Positions 28,485-38,508 are shown, counted from the first letter of the stretch. The stretch is DNA of 64,000 bases from Chloroflexota bacterium (GCA_028875655.1 JAPPCX010000069.1:13268-77267), one strand, 5' to 3'. The notes: generated by a model from the sequence alone, not told the origin. Made by a program: numbers and translations.

Positions 28485-30155
28485 ATGTCCCAGCTGATGA
28501 CCGGCAAACAGGCTCTTTTGGAAATGCTCAAGGCCGAAGGGGTCGAGTATATTTTCGGCAATCCCGGCACCAGCGAAGGCCCAATCATCGACCTGCTCGG
28601 GGACTACCCCGAGTTTCGGTACATCCTCACCCTCCAGGAGAGCGTGGCCGTTGGCATGGGTGAGGCATACGCGCGGGCCACCGGGCGGGCGTCCTTCGTC
28701 AGCCTGCACGTTGACAGCGGGCTGGCCAACGGCATTGCGCTGATGCTGGACGCGCTGAATACCGGCACGCCGATGGTGGTTACCTCGGCCAACTACGACG
28801 CCCGCAAGGTCAACGAGACGATAACCGACCTGGCGAACCTGGTCCGTCCCGTCACCAAGTGGGCAGTGGAGCTTAATCACCCTGACCAGATACCCAGCGT
28901 GATACGACGGGCGTTCAACGAGGCGAACAGCCATCCCAAGGGGCCGGTGTATGTCGGGTTCACCTCCAACGCCCTGGAGGGGATGGCCGAAATGAACATC
29001 GTCCCTTCGCGGCCGGTGCATGACGCAACGCGACCCGGCGCCGACGGCATCGCCGAGGCCGCCTCGCTGCTGATGGACGCCAGCCGGCCGATGATGCTGG
29101 TGGGCGACCGCCTGTCCGACGACGACGCGCTGGACCAGGCTGTCGAGTTGGCCGAGCTGATGGGCCTGCCCGTGTACCAGGCGCGCGGCGCGGAAGCAGC
29201 CTTCCCAACCACGCACGACCAGTTCCTGGGCGCGCTGTCGCTCCGGGTCACCCAGCAACGCACCGTCCTGCAGGAGGTTGACCTGGTGCTGGCGGTGGGT
29301 TCGGATCCCTTCGAGGAGTTGTTCTACTGGGGCGACGTGATCCTGCCGCCGGAGGCCAGGCTGGTCCACATTGATCCGGATCGTAAAGCCATCGGTCGTT
29401 CGGAGCCTACCGACGTGGGCATCGTAGGCCACTGCGGACTGGCGCTCTTGGATCTCATTGCCGCCGTGAAAGAACGACTGTCGCCGGGGGACTTTGCTGA
29501 GATCGAGCAGCGCAAGCAGGAGGTGATCCAGCAACGGAGGGACAGCCGCGCCGCGTTTGAGGAATCGGTCGCGGAAAAATGGGACCACAAGCCCATGACG
29601 CCGGCCCGAATGATGTCGGAGTTGGCCGACGCCATACCCGACAACGCCATCGTGGTGGATGATTCCATCAGCAACCGGGGGGTGATGCGCCACTACTTCC
29701 AGGCGGAACGCCGGGGCGACCTGCGGGGCGTGCGGGGCCAGTCCATCGGCGGCGGGATGGGCGCCACCATGGGAACCCAGTGCGCCCATCCCGACCGACC
29801 GGTGTTCGGCATCATCGGCGACGGGAGCGCCATGATGACGATTCAGGGGCTGTGGACGGCCGCCAACGACAACATCCCCTGCATCTTCGTCATCTGCAAC
29901 AACGGGATGTACCGGGTGCTGAAGGTGAACTTCAACGTTTATCAGCAGGATGTGCTGGAGTTGCCGGAAACGTCGGGCGGGCGTCTGCTCTATTCGGACT
30001 TCGGCACGCCCTTTGACATGGCGGCCATCGCCAACAGCATGGGCGTCCACGGCGAGCGAATCACCGAGCCGTCCCAGATCAAACCGGCGGTGGACCGCGC
30101 CATCGCATCGGGCAAGCCGGCATTGCTGGACATGGTAATCGACGGCGATCTGTAG
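28485..30155 (+). CDS. Thiamine-diphosphate-dependent enzyme (acetolactate synthase large-subunit / benzoylformate decarboxylase-like)
   Basis: 556 aa with the TPP motif GDGSAMMTIQGLWTAANDNIPCIFVICNNGMY. Confidence 0.8.
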   Translation: MSQLMTGKQALLEMLKAEGVEYIFGNPGTSEGPIIDLLGDYPEFRYILTLQESVAVGMGEAYARATGRASFVSLHVDSGLANGIALMLDALNTGTPMVVTSANYDARKVNETITDLANLVRPVTKWAVELNHPDQIPSVIRRAFNEANSHPKGPVYVGFTSNALEGMAEMNIVPSRPVHDATRPGADGIAEAASLLMDASRPMMLVGDRLSDDDALDQAVELAELMGLPVYQARGAEAAFPTTHDQFLGALSLRVTQQRTVLQEVDLVLAVGSDPFEELFYWGDVILPPEARLVHIDPDRKAIGRSEPTDVGIVGHCGLALLDLIAAVKERLSPGDFAEIEQRKQEVIQQRRDSRAAFEESVAEKWDHKPMTPARMMSELADAIPDNAIVVDDSISNRGVMRHYFQAERRGDLRGVRGQSIGGGMGATMGTQCAHPDRPVFGIIGDGSAMMTIQGLWTAANDNIPCIFVICNNGMYRVLKVNFNVYQQDVLELPETSGGRLLYSDFGTPFDMAAIANSMGVHGERITEPSQIKPAVDRAIASGKPALLDMVIDGDL

Positions 30156-30166
30156 GAGGACTAATC

Positions 30167-30934
30167 ATGCGCACCAACACCACCAAAGCCAAGCTCAACG
30201 ATGGCGGAGTCGTGTTCGGGGCGATCATCACCCGTTACGCTCCCGACATGGTCGAGATTTTCGGCGCGCTGGGGTACGACTTCGTGATGATTGACTGCGA
30301 ACACGGCCCTGCTGACCTGGACCAGGTCGAGCACATGGTCCGCGCCGCCGAGTCTTTCGGTATCACGCCCATCGCGCGGATTCCCGACCATTCCGATCAG
30401 ACGATACTGCGTTACCTGGACCGTGGGTTGCAGGGCATTATTGTGCCTCACGTCAACACCGGGGAGCAGGCGGCGGCCATCGCCCGGGCCGCGCGTTACT
30501 ATCCCGACGGCTACCGGGGCATGGGCGGCGGGCGCGCCCAGGACTACGGCATTGGCGTTAACCGCGACGAGGCCACCGCCTGGGTCAACTCCCAGGTGCT
30601 GGTCATCCCGATGGTGGAGGACGTTGAAGCCGTGGGAAACCTGGACGACATTCTTGCGGTGTCGGGCGCGGACGTTCTGCACGTGGCGGCGTCGGACCTG
30701 GGCCAGAGCATGGGCAACCCCGGGGTCGCCGAAGTGCGCAAGGTGATGAGCGACGTTATTCCGCGAGTGCGCGCCGGCGGCAAGCACGTCGGAGTCGGTG
30801 GCAACAACCCGGCAGACACCGCCGGCGTCGCCGAGTTCGTGAGGCAGGGGGCGAACTTCGTGACCGTCTCGGGTTGGGGCCTGCTCCGCATCGCCGGAGA
30901 AAATTTCCTGCGAGACGTGAAAGCCGCGCTGTAA
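30167..30934 (+). CDS. HpcH/HpaI-family 2-keto-3-deoxy-acid aldolase
   Basis: 255 aa with an HpcH/HpaI-like pattern: DFVMIDCEHGP, PIARIP, GIIVPHV, IPMVE. Confidence 0.75.
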   Translation: MRTNTTKAKLNDGGVVFGAIITRYAPDMVEIFGALGYDFVMIDCEHGPADLDQVEHMVRAAESFGITPIARIPDHSDQTILRYLDRGLQGIIVPHVNTGEQAAAIARAARYYPDGYRGMGGGRAQDYGIGVNRDEATAWVNSQVLVIPMVEDVEAVGNLDDILAVSGADVLHVAASDLGQSMGNPGVAEVRKVMSDVIPRVRAGGKHVGVGGNNPADTAGVAEFVRQGANFVTVSGWGLLRIAGENFLRDVKAAL

Positions 30935-30960
30935 CTTATATCTTTGTGCCGAAAACCGTG

Positions 30961-30982
30961 GGGGCGAATAATCATTCGCCCC
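30961..30982. terminator. Hairpin GGGGCGAAT-aatc-ATTCGCCCC between convergent genes (repeat family with 33736-33767)
   Basis: Perfect 9-bp stem located between the stops at 30934 (+) and 31009 (-). Confidence 0.7.
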
Positions 30983-31008
30983 TACAACTCTATGACTGTG
31001 TGTCTTCG

Positions 31009-32136
31009 CTAGCCCGTCCGTTCCGTCTCAATCCGTTCCCGCAATATGGGCAGTAACTCATTGGCGGCCCGCTCGCATTCCTCAACGTGGGGGAACCCAC
31101 TCAGGATAAACTCGTCGATGCCCAGCCGCCAGTATCCCAGCAATTCATCCGCTACCTGTTCCGCCGTGCCCACCAGCGCGCTGCCGCAGTTCACCCGCAC
31201 CTCGGACAGCCCGTTCCAGAGGTGTTTGCCCAAGCGGTGATCCTCGGCTTCCCTGGCCTGGGCCTGCTGCCCGACCATGGGCGTGCCGGCGATTGCCGAC
31301 TGGCGTTGCGCCTTGACTTCCGGCGCGGCGTCGGCGATGAGGCTGCGGGCGGCGTCCCAGGCTTCCGCCTCACTGTTCCTGATTACCAGGTGGGTACGCA
31401 GCCCCAAATTCACGGGCCGACCGGTGACGTCCAACTGTTCGCGCAGGTCGTTGACTCGCTGAGTCGTGTCCGGCAAAGGTTCGATCCAACCCAGGTGCAC
31501 ATCCGCCTGCCGGGATGACAAGCCCAATGCTCGTGGGGATGCTCCGCCCAGGTAGAAGCGTGGGGCATCGTCGCCCGGAGCAGGGGCGCAGTAGGCGTCT
31601 TCCAGCCGGTAGAAATCGCCCTGGTAGCTGACCGGCTGCGGTTCCTGCCAGAGAGCGCGGCAGGCTTCGATGAACTCCTCGGCGCGCTCGTATCGGGTGG
31701 CGTGGCTGCTGACCTCGCCAACGCGCTCAAAGTCATTCTGGATGCCGCCAGGCACGATGTTGATGTCCAGCCGCCCGCCGGACATTTCGTGGAACGCCGC
31801 CGCCATCTGCGCGAACAGCCCCAGCGCGATGAACCCGGGACGGACGGCCACCAGGAACCGGATGCGCGACGTCACCGCGGCGAGGGCGGTGGCGGTGGTC
31901 CAGGTCTCGGCCAGCGGGGCGTCCTCCGAGAACAGCCCGTTGGCGAACCGGGTGGGTATGAGCATGGAGTAAAAGCCGCAGTCCTCGGCGGTTTGGGCAA
32001 CCCGTTTCAGGTAGTCAAAGGTGGGCGGACGCTGCGCGCGCAAAGTGCCGGCGCGGTGGCCGTCGCCGTCGATGGGGATGAACCAGTCGAAACGGGGTTC
32101 GGGGCGTCGGAGAGTTCCGTTGTTGTTAGCCATCAA
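31009..32136 (-). CDS. LLM-class (luciferase-like) flavin-dependent monooxygenase, SsuD-like
   Basis: 375 aa with a luciferase-like TIM-barrel pattern (FDWFIPIDGDG..., LDINIVPGG). Confidence 0.75.
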   Translation of the reverse strand: MMANNNGTLRRPEPRFDWFIPIDGDGHRAGTLRAQRPPTFDYLKRVAQTAEDCGFYSMLIPTRFANGLFSEDAPLAETWTTATALAAVTSRIRFLVAVRPGFIALGLFAQMAAAFHEMSGGRLDINIVPGGIQNDFERVGEVSSHATRYERAEEFIEACRALWQEPQPVSYQGDFYRLEDAYCAPAPGDDAPRFYLGGASPRALGLSSRQADVHLGWIEPLPDTTQRVNDLREQLDVTGRPVNLGLRTHLVIRNSEAEAWDAARSLIADAAPEVKAQRQSAIAGTPMVGQQAQAREAEDHRLGKHLWNGLSEVRVNCGSALVGTAEQVADELLGYWRLGIDEFILSGFPHVEECERAANELLPILRERIETERTG

Positions 32137-32176
32137 TTACTCACCTAACCTTGCGCTTCTGCGCTGATATTGCCGG

Positions 32177-33148
32177 TTACTGGTCGTTTTCCTCTCCGCT
32201 CGTTTCCATGGGAACCGGCATTGGAGGGTTGGGGTTTTGTTCCATTTCCCGCTGGTACCACATGAACATTACGATGCCGGCGCCAATTATGCACATCATG
32301 TCGCCTGGAACCCACAGGGTCAGCCCGCCCAAAATCTGGTCGGAAGAGTATGAGAAGCCTTCCCATGGCCGCGGCAATTCCTGGTAGGCCGAGTAGATCA
32401 CCCTTTCCTGGAAGACGATGGCCGCCCCCAGCAGCGTGTTGGGCAGCACTATCAACCCCAGGTACAACACCCGCAGGCCGTAGTGCAGGCGCGACCGGTG
32501 CGGCTTGGGATCCACCACGATCCACCAGAACAGGAACCCGCTGATCAGCATGGTGGCGTGCATCAACTCATGCACCCAGTCGTTGTGCACCGCCAGGTCG
32601 TGCGGACCGGGAACTTGCCAGAAAAACAGTAGCCCCAGGAACAGCACAATCGTGAACACCGGATTGGTAATCTTTACGTATATCCACCGCGCCGCTGCCG
32701 TCCGCACGATGCGGCGAATCACGCCCTGCCGCAACCACGTCGGCATACCGCGCAGCATCGGCGTCAATGGGGCGCCCAGCAGGATAAGCAGCGGGCCGAC
32801 CATACGCACCAGGATGTGCTGGACCTGGTGGATCGCGAAGTAGTGCTCGGCAAGCGGCTCAACGGGCGATTGCAGGGCGGCGAACAGCACGACGATGCCG
32901 GCGAAAAAGCTGGCTTTTTGCCAATTGCTGACCGGATGGGTGGGGTTTGGCCAGTTGTTCAGGCCGTTGATGTAGAAATACAGGGACGCCAGCAGGAGCA
33001 GGCTGGGGATGGGATTGGTGATGAATCCCCAGGCCGTGAGAGGGGTCTGCCCGGGCGGGATGCCCTGGTGGGCCGACGCGATGCCCGCGCCGACGGTCAG
33101 CGCCGCGAATCCCCCGGCTAAGACGCCGGCCCACAGCGCCCGGCGCAT
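32177..33148 (-). CDS. Cytochrome c oxidase assembly factor CtaG (caa3-type) family membrane protein
   Basis: Start refined to MRRALWAGVLAGG. The protein is polytopic and rich in His and Trp. The 518-aa track ORF's N-terminal 195 residues are out-of-frame overlap with the upstream gene. Confidence 0.65.
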   Translation of the reverse strand: MRRALWAGVLAGGFAALTVGAGIASAHQGIPPGQTPLTAWGFITNPIPSLLLLASLYFYINGLNNWPNPTHPVSNWQKASFFAGIVVLFAALQSPVEPLAEHYFAIHQVQHILVRMVGPLLILLGAPLTPMLRGMPTWLRQGVIRRIVRTAAARWIYVKITNPVFTIVLFLGLLFFWQVPGPHDLAVHNDWVHELMHATMLISGFLFWWIVVDPKPHRSRLHYGLRVLYLGLIVLPNTLLGAAIVFQERVIYSAYQELPRPWEGFSYSSDQILGGLTLWVPGDMMCIIGAGIVMFMWYQREMEQNPNPPMPVPMETSGEENDQ

Positions 33149-33723
33149 TATGCCGCCGTCGTGCCGGGCCCTTCGGCCCGCTGACGCTGGTTGCGTCGGA
33201 TTCGCCAGACCAGGTAGCCGGCGCCGACGGCCAGAATCACGGCGACTCCGATGAACACGTAGCCGGCTTCGGGGTTTGTGGTTGGCGAAATAACGTTGAA
33301 TTGAAAACCGTCCACCGGGTGAGATTGACCGCCGGGTTCCTCGATGTCCAGCACCGTGTCCCATACTCCCGGGCTGTCCATTTTGACGGTGGCGAAATAG
33401 ACGCCGGGTCCGACGGGGCTGGCGTGGGCGTAGCCGGCTTCGTCGCTGCCCTGCCGGGAGGTATGCACGGTTACCTTGGCATCGGGCGCGGGCGTACCTG
33501 AGGCGGCGTCGCGGACCTGGACGATGAACTGGACGGATTGGAGAGAGGGGAGCGGCTTGGCCTCGACATCCACCACGTAGGGGCCGGCCTGGGCCTCGGC
33601 GCGGCGGGTTTCGGGGCCGATGATGTCCTGCGCAGACGCTTGGGCGGGCAGTGCCATACCGATGCCCAGAAGCGCCAGGAAAAGCAACCCAATCGGATTC
33701 GCAATCTTGCCGAACAACTGCAT
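33148..33723 (-). CDS. FixH/YtkA-like secreted Ig-fold protein with a C-terminal TM anchor
   Basis: Signal peptide (ALPAQASA), a beta-rich middle and a TM tail. The stop overlaps the ctaG start by 1 nt (TAATG). Confidence 0.5.
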   Translation of the reverse strand: MQLFGKIANPIGLLFLALLGIGMALPAQASAQDIIGPETRRAEAQAGPYVVDVEAKPLPSLQSVQFIVQVRDAASGTPAPDAKVTVHTSRQGSDEAGYAHASPVGPGVYFATVKMDSPGVWDTVLDIEEPGGQSHPVDGFQFNVISPTTNPEAGYVFIGVAVILAVGAGYLVWRIRRNQRQRAEGPGTTAA

Positions 33724-33735
33724 CCACCTGCAAGG

Positions 33736-33767
33736 ATATAGGGGCGAATTATCACTCGCCCCTATAT
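33736..33767 (-). terminator. Hairpin ATATAGGGGCGA-attatcac-TCGCCCCTATAT (same family as 30961-30982)
   Basis: Perfect 12-bp stem just downstream of the stop of the 33800-34459 gene. Confidence 0.65.
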
Positions 33768-33799
33768 TGTACGCTATCGCGGCGGGTTCCCCCGGCGCG

Positions 33800-34459
33800 C
33801 TAGGGCTGGAAGGTCTTGCGCCAAATTCCGGGCGAACCGGGGGCGTGGGTCATCACGTCGCGCATCCGGCCGTTGTCCGGGTGGGCTTCACGCTGCTCCA
33901 GCCAGGGCGCGGTGGATGAGACTTCAGGGTTCTCGAACTCGTACACGGTGGCGTAGGCCGGCTCGCCGCGCACCGCCTTCCAACGGCGTCCACGGATGCA
34001 GCCGGGCACCTTCTCATAGTTGGGCACGTACACCGTCGAGTACCAGTTGTTCCATTCCGAGTCGCTGTCGGCGGGTACGTCCATGCGCCCAATCTGTAGC
34101 GCGGGCGACATATCGGCGCCGGCCAGCGCGTCGGACAGGTCGGTCGGGTGGATCATGGTGTACACGTTGTTAATCAGGGTCGTGGCGACGGCGCGGGGGC
34201 CGACCTTCTGGCCCCACGGGGTCGGCGGCCGATTCTTGAAAGCGTCGGTATTGATTACGTCGGCGGATTCCAGCTCATACATCGCCAGGTGCTTGGGGCC
34301 GCTGCTGGTGGCCTCGTAGCGGGCGGCGTTGAGCACGCCTGGGATGGCCAGCAGTTCCTGCAAGTGCTCGGTGTTGTACCACTGGTTGAACTCTTCCTCA
34401 ACGTCGGCGGGGACTTCGCACCAGACCATCATCAGGCCGGTGCCGCGGATTTTTGGCAT
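33800..34459 (-). CDS. Tandem dimeric alpha/beta-barrel (EthD/DUF4286-like) protein
   Basis: Two similar halves: EEFNQWYNTEHLQELLAIPGVLNAARYE and SEWNNWYSTVYVPNYEKVPGCIRGRRWK. Confidence 0.45.
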   Translation of the reverse strand: MPKIRGTGLMMVWCEVPADVEEEFNQWYNTEHLQELLAIPGVLNAARYEATSSGPKHLAMYELESADVINTDAFKNRPPTPWGQKVGPRAVATTLINNVYTMIHPTDLSDALAGADMSPALQIGRMDVPADSDSEWNNWYSTVYVPNYEKVPGCIRGRRWKAVRGEPAYATVYEFENPEVSSTAPWLEQREAHPDNGRMRDVMTHAPGSPGIWRKTFQP

Positions 34460-34591
34460 GGTGTGCCTCCTGTGCGTGATTCTTGGAGTCGGATTGACGG
34501 CAGGCAGTGTAACATAACGTACTGGCTGATTTAGACGGCTAATGTAAAATATCGCCCTCCTGATCGTATCAATGGGACGGATACAAGCATT

Positions 34592-36919
34592 GTGAAAAGA
34601 ATCTTTTTCGTCAATCGCGGATGGGCGCTCGGTCTCGCAGCGCTCGCCGCATTTGCAATCGTGGCATGCGGCGGCGTTAGCGAAACGGAACTAACGGCAG
34701 TTCAGGCCGAGGTGGTCGTCCTGCGGGCGGAGGTTGCGTCCCTGAGTGCAGGCGAATCCCGAGCGTCCCAACCCGCCGGCGCGCCGGAGGCAGCCGAGTC
34801 TTCCGCAGCATCCACCGATGACATTCGCCGGCTGGAATCCGAAATCGACCGTATCGCCAGCGACATTGATACTAAAACCACGCAACTGCAACAGGCATTG
34901 GCTTCCGGCTTGCTCCAGCCGCCGGCGACAGCTCCGCCGCGGCCGCCAGCCGGCCCAACCTTCACTTTGCAACTGCTGCACGCTGCCGACATGGATAGCG
35001 CAGTGGGGGCGCTGGAGAACGTCGAAAACTTTTCCGCCATGCTGGACGGCTTCCGGCGGCAATTTCCCAACAACACTCTCGTGTTGAGTTCGGGGGATAA
35101 TTACGTCCCCGGCCCCCGCTATTTCGCCGCCGGAGACGACTCCAACGATGCACTGCTGGGCATTGCCGGCAATGGTCGCGGCGACATCGCGTTCCTCAAC
35201 GCCATGGGTTTCCAAGCATCCGCTCTCGGCAACCACGAACTCGACCAGGGCACAAGTGCCTTTGCCAGCATCATCCGTTCCGAAACCGACGGGGGCAGAA
35301 CCTATCCCGGGACCCGATTCCCCTACCTGTCCAGCAATCTGGACTTCACCACGGATGAAAACCTTGCCGGCTCGGTGGTTCCTGACGGTCAGGAGGCGAT
35401 GCTGGTGGGCGGCAGTCTGGCGCGCAGCGCGGTCGTCACCGTGGGCGGCCAGCGCATCGGCATTGTCGGGGCCACCACGCCTACTTTGGCCTCCATCACG
35501 GGAGCCGGCGACATCGCCGTAGCCCCGGAAGACATCTTCGACGTGGACGCGCTGGCCGCGATTATTCAGGACGCCGTGGACGAATTGGTTGACCAGGGCA
35601 TCAACAAGGTCATCCTGCTGTCCCACATGCAGCGCATCAACATCGAGCAAACCCTCGCCACCCGGCTGGAAGACGTTGACCTAATCGTCGCCGGCGGTTC
35701 CAACACGCTCCTGGCCGACGAAACTGACCGGCTGCGGCACGGCGACACGGCCCACGACACTTACCCCTTGACCTACCGCGCCGTTGATGGCGCGCCGGTG
35801 CTGCTGGTCAACACCGACGGCGACTACAAATATCTGGGCCGGTTGGTGGTGCAGTTTGACTATGCCGGCCGGGTGATTCCAGGCTCCGTAGATCCATACC
35901 TGAGCGGAGCCTACGCCACCGACCGCCAGGGTGGTCAGGCTTTCGTCGGACAGCCCATCCCGGAAGTGAGCCGCGTCGCCGAATCCCTGGGCAGCGTCAT
36001 CATCATCCGCGACGGCAACATCATCGGTCGAACCGACGTGTACCTGGACGGCCGGCGCAGCATCGTACGCACTCAGGAAAGCAACCTGGGCAACCTGGTG
36101 GCGGATGCCTTCCTATGGATCGCCCGGCAGGTTGATCCTGACGTGCAGGTATCCCTCAAAAACAGCGGCGGCATCCGGGACGCCATCGGACTCGTGGTTC
36201 AGCCTCCCGGCACAACCGACCCGGCGGAAGTGCAATTCCTGCCGCCCTCGGCCAATCCCGCGACCGGGAAGCTGCAAGGCGACGTATCCCAATTCGACAT
36301 TCAAGGCGCCCTGCGCTTTGACAACGGTGTGGTCATCGTACCCCTGACGGCCCGGCAACTGGTGGAAGTCATCGAGCACGCCATCTCCGCCGACGGCATC
36401 GGAACAACACCATCCGGCGGATTTCCCCAGGTGGGTGGAATGCGCTTCAGCTTCGACCCGACGGCTCCCTCCGGCCAGCGCATCCGCTCGCTAGCAGTAA
36501 TCGATGGCAGCCAGAATGTCAGCGACCGCGTAGTCGAAGGCGGCGAGTTGACAGGAGACCCGAAGCGCGTAATCAAGATGGCCACGCTGAACTTCCTGGC
36601 CAACGGCGGCAGCGGCTACCCGTTCCCGGTGCCCCAACCGGGCCGGATTGACTTCAGCGGCGAGTCCGGCCAGTACAACCCGCACGACGCTGACTTCCCC
36701 GACAGCAACGGCAACGGCGTGATTGACGAGCCGGTGGCTGCCGCCGACCCTGGATTGGCCGATGCCTTCGCCCCCGGTAAGGAACAGGATGGCCTTGCCG
36801 AGTACCTGGCGCACTTCCATGCGGAGACGCCCTTCAGCCAGCAGGAAACAACTCCCCTGCACGACCAGCGCATCCAGAACCTCGGCATCCCAGGCAAAAC
36901 CGACACTGTCTTCCAGTAG
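34592..36919 (+). CDS. Lipoprotein bifunctional metallophosphatase / 5'-nucleotidase (UshA-like) with an N-terminal coiled-coil linker
   Basis: Lipobox IVAC, metallophosphatase motifs HAADMD, GDNYVPG and GNHELD, and a 5'-nucleotidase C-terminal domain. 775 aa. Confidence 0.8.
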   Translation: MKRIFFVNRGWALGLAALAAFAIVACGGVSETELTAVQAEVVVLRAEVASLSAGESRASQPAGAPEAAESSAASTDDIRRLESEIDRIASDIDTKTTQLQQALASGLLQPPATAPPRPPAGPTFTLQLLHAADMDSAVGALENVENFSAMLDGFRRQFPNNTLVLSSGDNYVPGPRYFAAGDDSNDALLGIAGNGRGDIAFLNAMGFQASALGNHELDQGTSAFASIIRSETDGGRTYPGTRFPYLSSNLDFTTDENLAGSVVPDGQEAMLVGGSLARSAVVTVGGQRIGIVGATTPTLASITGAGDIAVAPEDIFDVDALAAIIQDAVDELVDQGINKVILLSHMQRINIEQTLATRLEDVDLIVAGGSNTLLADETDRLRHGDTAHDTYPLTYRAVDGAPVLLVNTDGDYKYLGRLVVQFDYAGRVIPGSVDPYLSGAYATDRQGGQAFVGQPIPEVSRVAESLGSVIIIRDGNIIGRTDVYLDGRRSIVRTQESNLGNLVADAFLWIARQVDPDVQVSLKNSGGIRDAIGLVVQPPGTTDPAEVQFLPPSANPATGKLQGDVSQFDIQGALRFDNGVVIVPLTARQLVEVIEHAISADGIGTTPSGGFPQVGGMRFSFDPTAPSGQRIRSLAVIDGSQNVSDRVVEGGELTGDPKRVIKMATLNFLANGGSGYPFPVPQPGRIDFSGESGQYNPHDADFPDSNGNGVIDEPVAAADPGLADAFAPGKEQDGLAEYLAHFHAETPFSQQETTPLHDQRIQNLGIPGKTDTVFQ

Positions 36920-37009
36920 CGGTGAATCCCAAATAACCCGGTTGACGCCGGAAGCAGGCAAGGCGTGTGATAACATTACCGCCGTCCCGTTCCGCTGTTT
37001 CCGACTGCC

Positions 37010-38215
37010 ATGACCTACCCCCTCCTCTCCGGCCTCCGCGTCCTCGAAATAGGCTCTATGCTTTCCGCGCCTTACTGCGGCAAGCTGCTGGCCGACGCCG
37101 GCGCGCGCGTCGTCAAGCTGGAAGCGCCGGACGGCAGCGATGTGGCGCGACGGTATGGCCCGTGGCCTGGTGATATTCCGCATACCGAACGCAGTGGATT
37201 GTTTCTGTACCTGAACTCCAACAAGGAGGGGATCACCGCCAACCTGGAAACTCCTACCGGACGCAGCATCATGCGTCGCTTAGTCGCATCGTCCGACGTG
37301 GTTGTGCACAACGTGCCGCCGGCTGACATGGAACGGTTGGGGTTGGACTACGACACGCTGGCCGATGACAACCCCAACCTCGTCATGGCCAGCATCAGCC
37401 CGTGGGGACTTTCCGGCCCTTGGCGTGACTACAAAGCGTATGACATCAACCTCGCCGCCGCCGGTGGCATCTGCGAGGGTTTGGGCGAGGCCGACCGTGA
37501 ACCGCTGAGTTTCGGTACTCCCGAGGTGGGCTACTTCGCCGGCATGGCCGCCGCGTCATCCATCGTCATGGCCCTACTCGCCCGCGAGACTCACGGCGGC
37601 CAGCACATTGACATCGCCGAGGCCGAAACCATGGCCGGCCTCTACAACGGACCGGAAGCGCTGATGGCGGTGTACCAGTGGCGCGTCACCCGGCGCACCG
37701 GCCACCACGCCCTGGATTTCCCCTATCCCAACTGCATCTTGCGCTGCAAGGACGGCCACATATTCGTCGGCTCGCCGGAGGGACGGCAGTGGGGCCGACT
37801 GTTGCAGATCATGGGCAGCCCGGAGTGGTCGCAGGAGCAGCGGTTCCGCAACCGCACCGCCATGAACAACCTCTACGCCGACGAGGTGGACGGCTACGTG
37901 GAAGCGTGGCTCGCTGACTACACCAAGGCCGAACTGCTGGAAATAGCCCTGGAACATCGCATCCCCCTGGCCCCGGTTCGCACCTATGACGAGGTGCATG
38001 CCGACCCCTCGCTGGCCGACCTGTTCGTGGTCATCGAACGCGACGACACCGGCCCGGTTGCCTATCCAGGGCCGCCTTACAAGTTGAGCGACGCCGACGT
38101 TACCCCTCCGTCGCCGGCCCCAACGCTGGGCCAGCATAACCGCGCGGTGTTGTGCGAGGAGTTGGGTTTCTCTCTCGAAGAATTGGTCAAGCTCCACCAG
38201 ACCGGAATCATCTGA
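37010..38215 (+). CDS. Family III CoA-transferase (CaiB/BaiF), paralog 1
   Basis: LSGLRVLEIGSMLSAPYCGKLLADAGARVVKLE plus a full-length family III pattern. Confidence 0.85.
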   Translation: MTYPLLSGLRVLEIGSMLSAPYCGKLLADAGARVVKLEAPDGSDVARRYGPWPGDIPHTERSGLFLYLNSNKEGITANLETPTGRSIMRRLVASSDVVVHNVPPADMERLGLDYDTLADDNPNLVMASISPWGLSGPWRDYKAYDINLAAAGGICEGLGEADREPLSFGTPEVGYFAGMAAASSIVMALLARETHGGQHIDIAEAETMAGLYNGPEALMAVYQWRVTRRTGHHALDFPYPNCILRCKDGHIFVGSPEGRQWGRLLQIMGSPEWSQEQRFRNRTAMNNLYADEVDGYVEAWLADYTKAELLEIALEHRIPLAPVRTYDEVHADPSLADLFVVIERDDTGPVAYPGPPYKLSDADVTPPSPAPTLGQHNRAVLCEELGFSLEELVKLHQTGII

Positions 38216-38226
38216 ACGGTGCCGCC

Positions 38227-38487
38227 ATGCTGTTGCGAATCGGAATCGTTTGTCTGGTGGTATTCTTGGGCAGCTGTCTCATCGCCCGGCAGATTGCCCT
38301 CAGTAAAAACCACCGCCCGGAGGTTATCATCGCCGCCGGCATTATCGTGGGCGCCATCGTATTCGCTGGCCTTTGGACGGTGAGCCTCGTGTACCAGCCG
38401 CTGTACACCAAGATTGCCGGCGCAGTTGCACTGGCCGCGATGCCGGCCGTCGCCGCCTGGATAGTTCCGGAACGAAAACAGAAATGA
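38227..38487 (+). CDS. Small membrane protein (86 aa, 3 TM)
   Basis: ATG at 38227, sequence MLLRIGIVCLVVFLGSCLIAR... Wedged between two CoA-transferase genes. Confidence 0.45.
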   Translation: MLLRIGIVCLVVFLGSCLIARQIALSKNHRPEVIIAAGIIVGAIVFAGLWTVSLVYQPLYTKIAGAVALAAMPAVAAWIVPERKQK

Positions 38488-38508
38488 CCCACTGGCAAAG
38501 CGATACGT

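Noticed and set aside
32177-33733. The 518-aa ORF as one large protein.
   Set aside because: Its first about 195 residues are Arg/Pro-rich nonsense that overlaps, out of frame, the well-formed FixH-like gene (33148-33723). A CtaG-like membrane protein begins at the internal MRRALWAG. The overlap with the upstream stop is TAATG.
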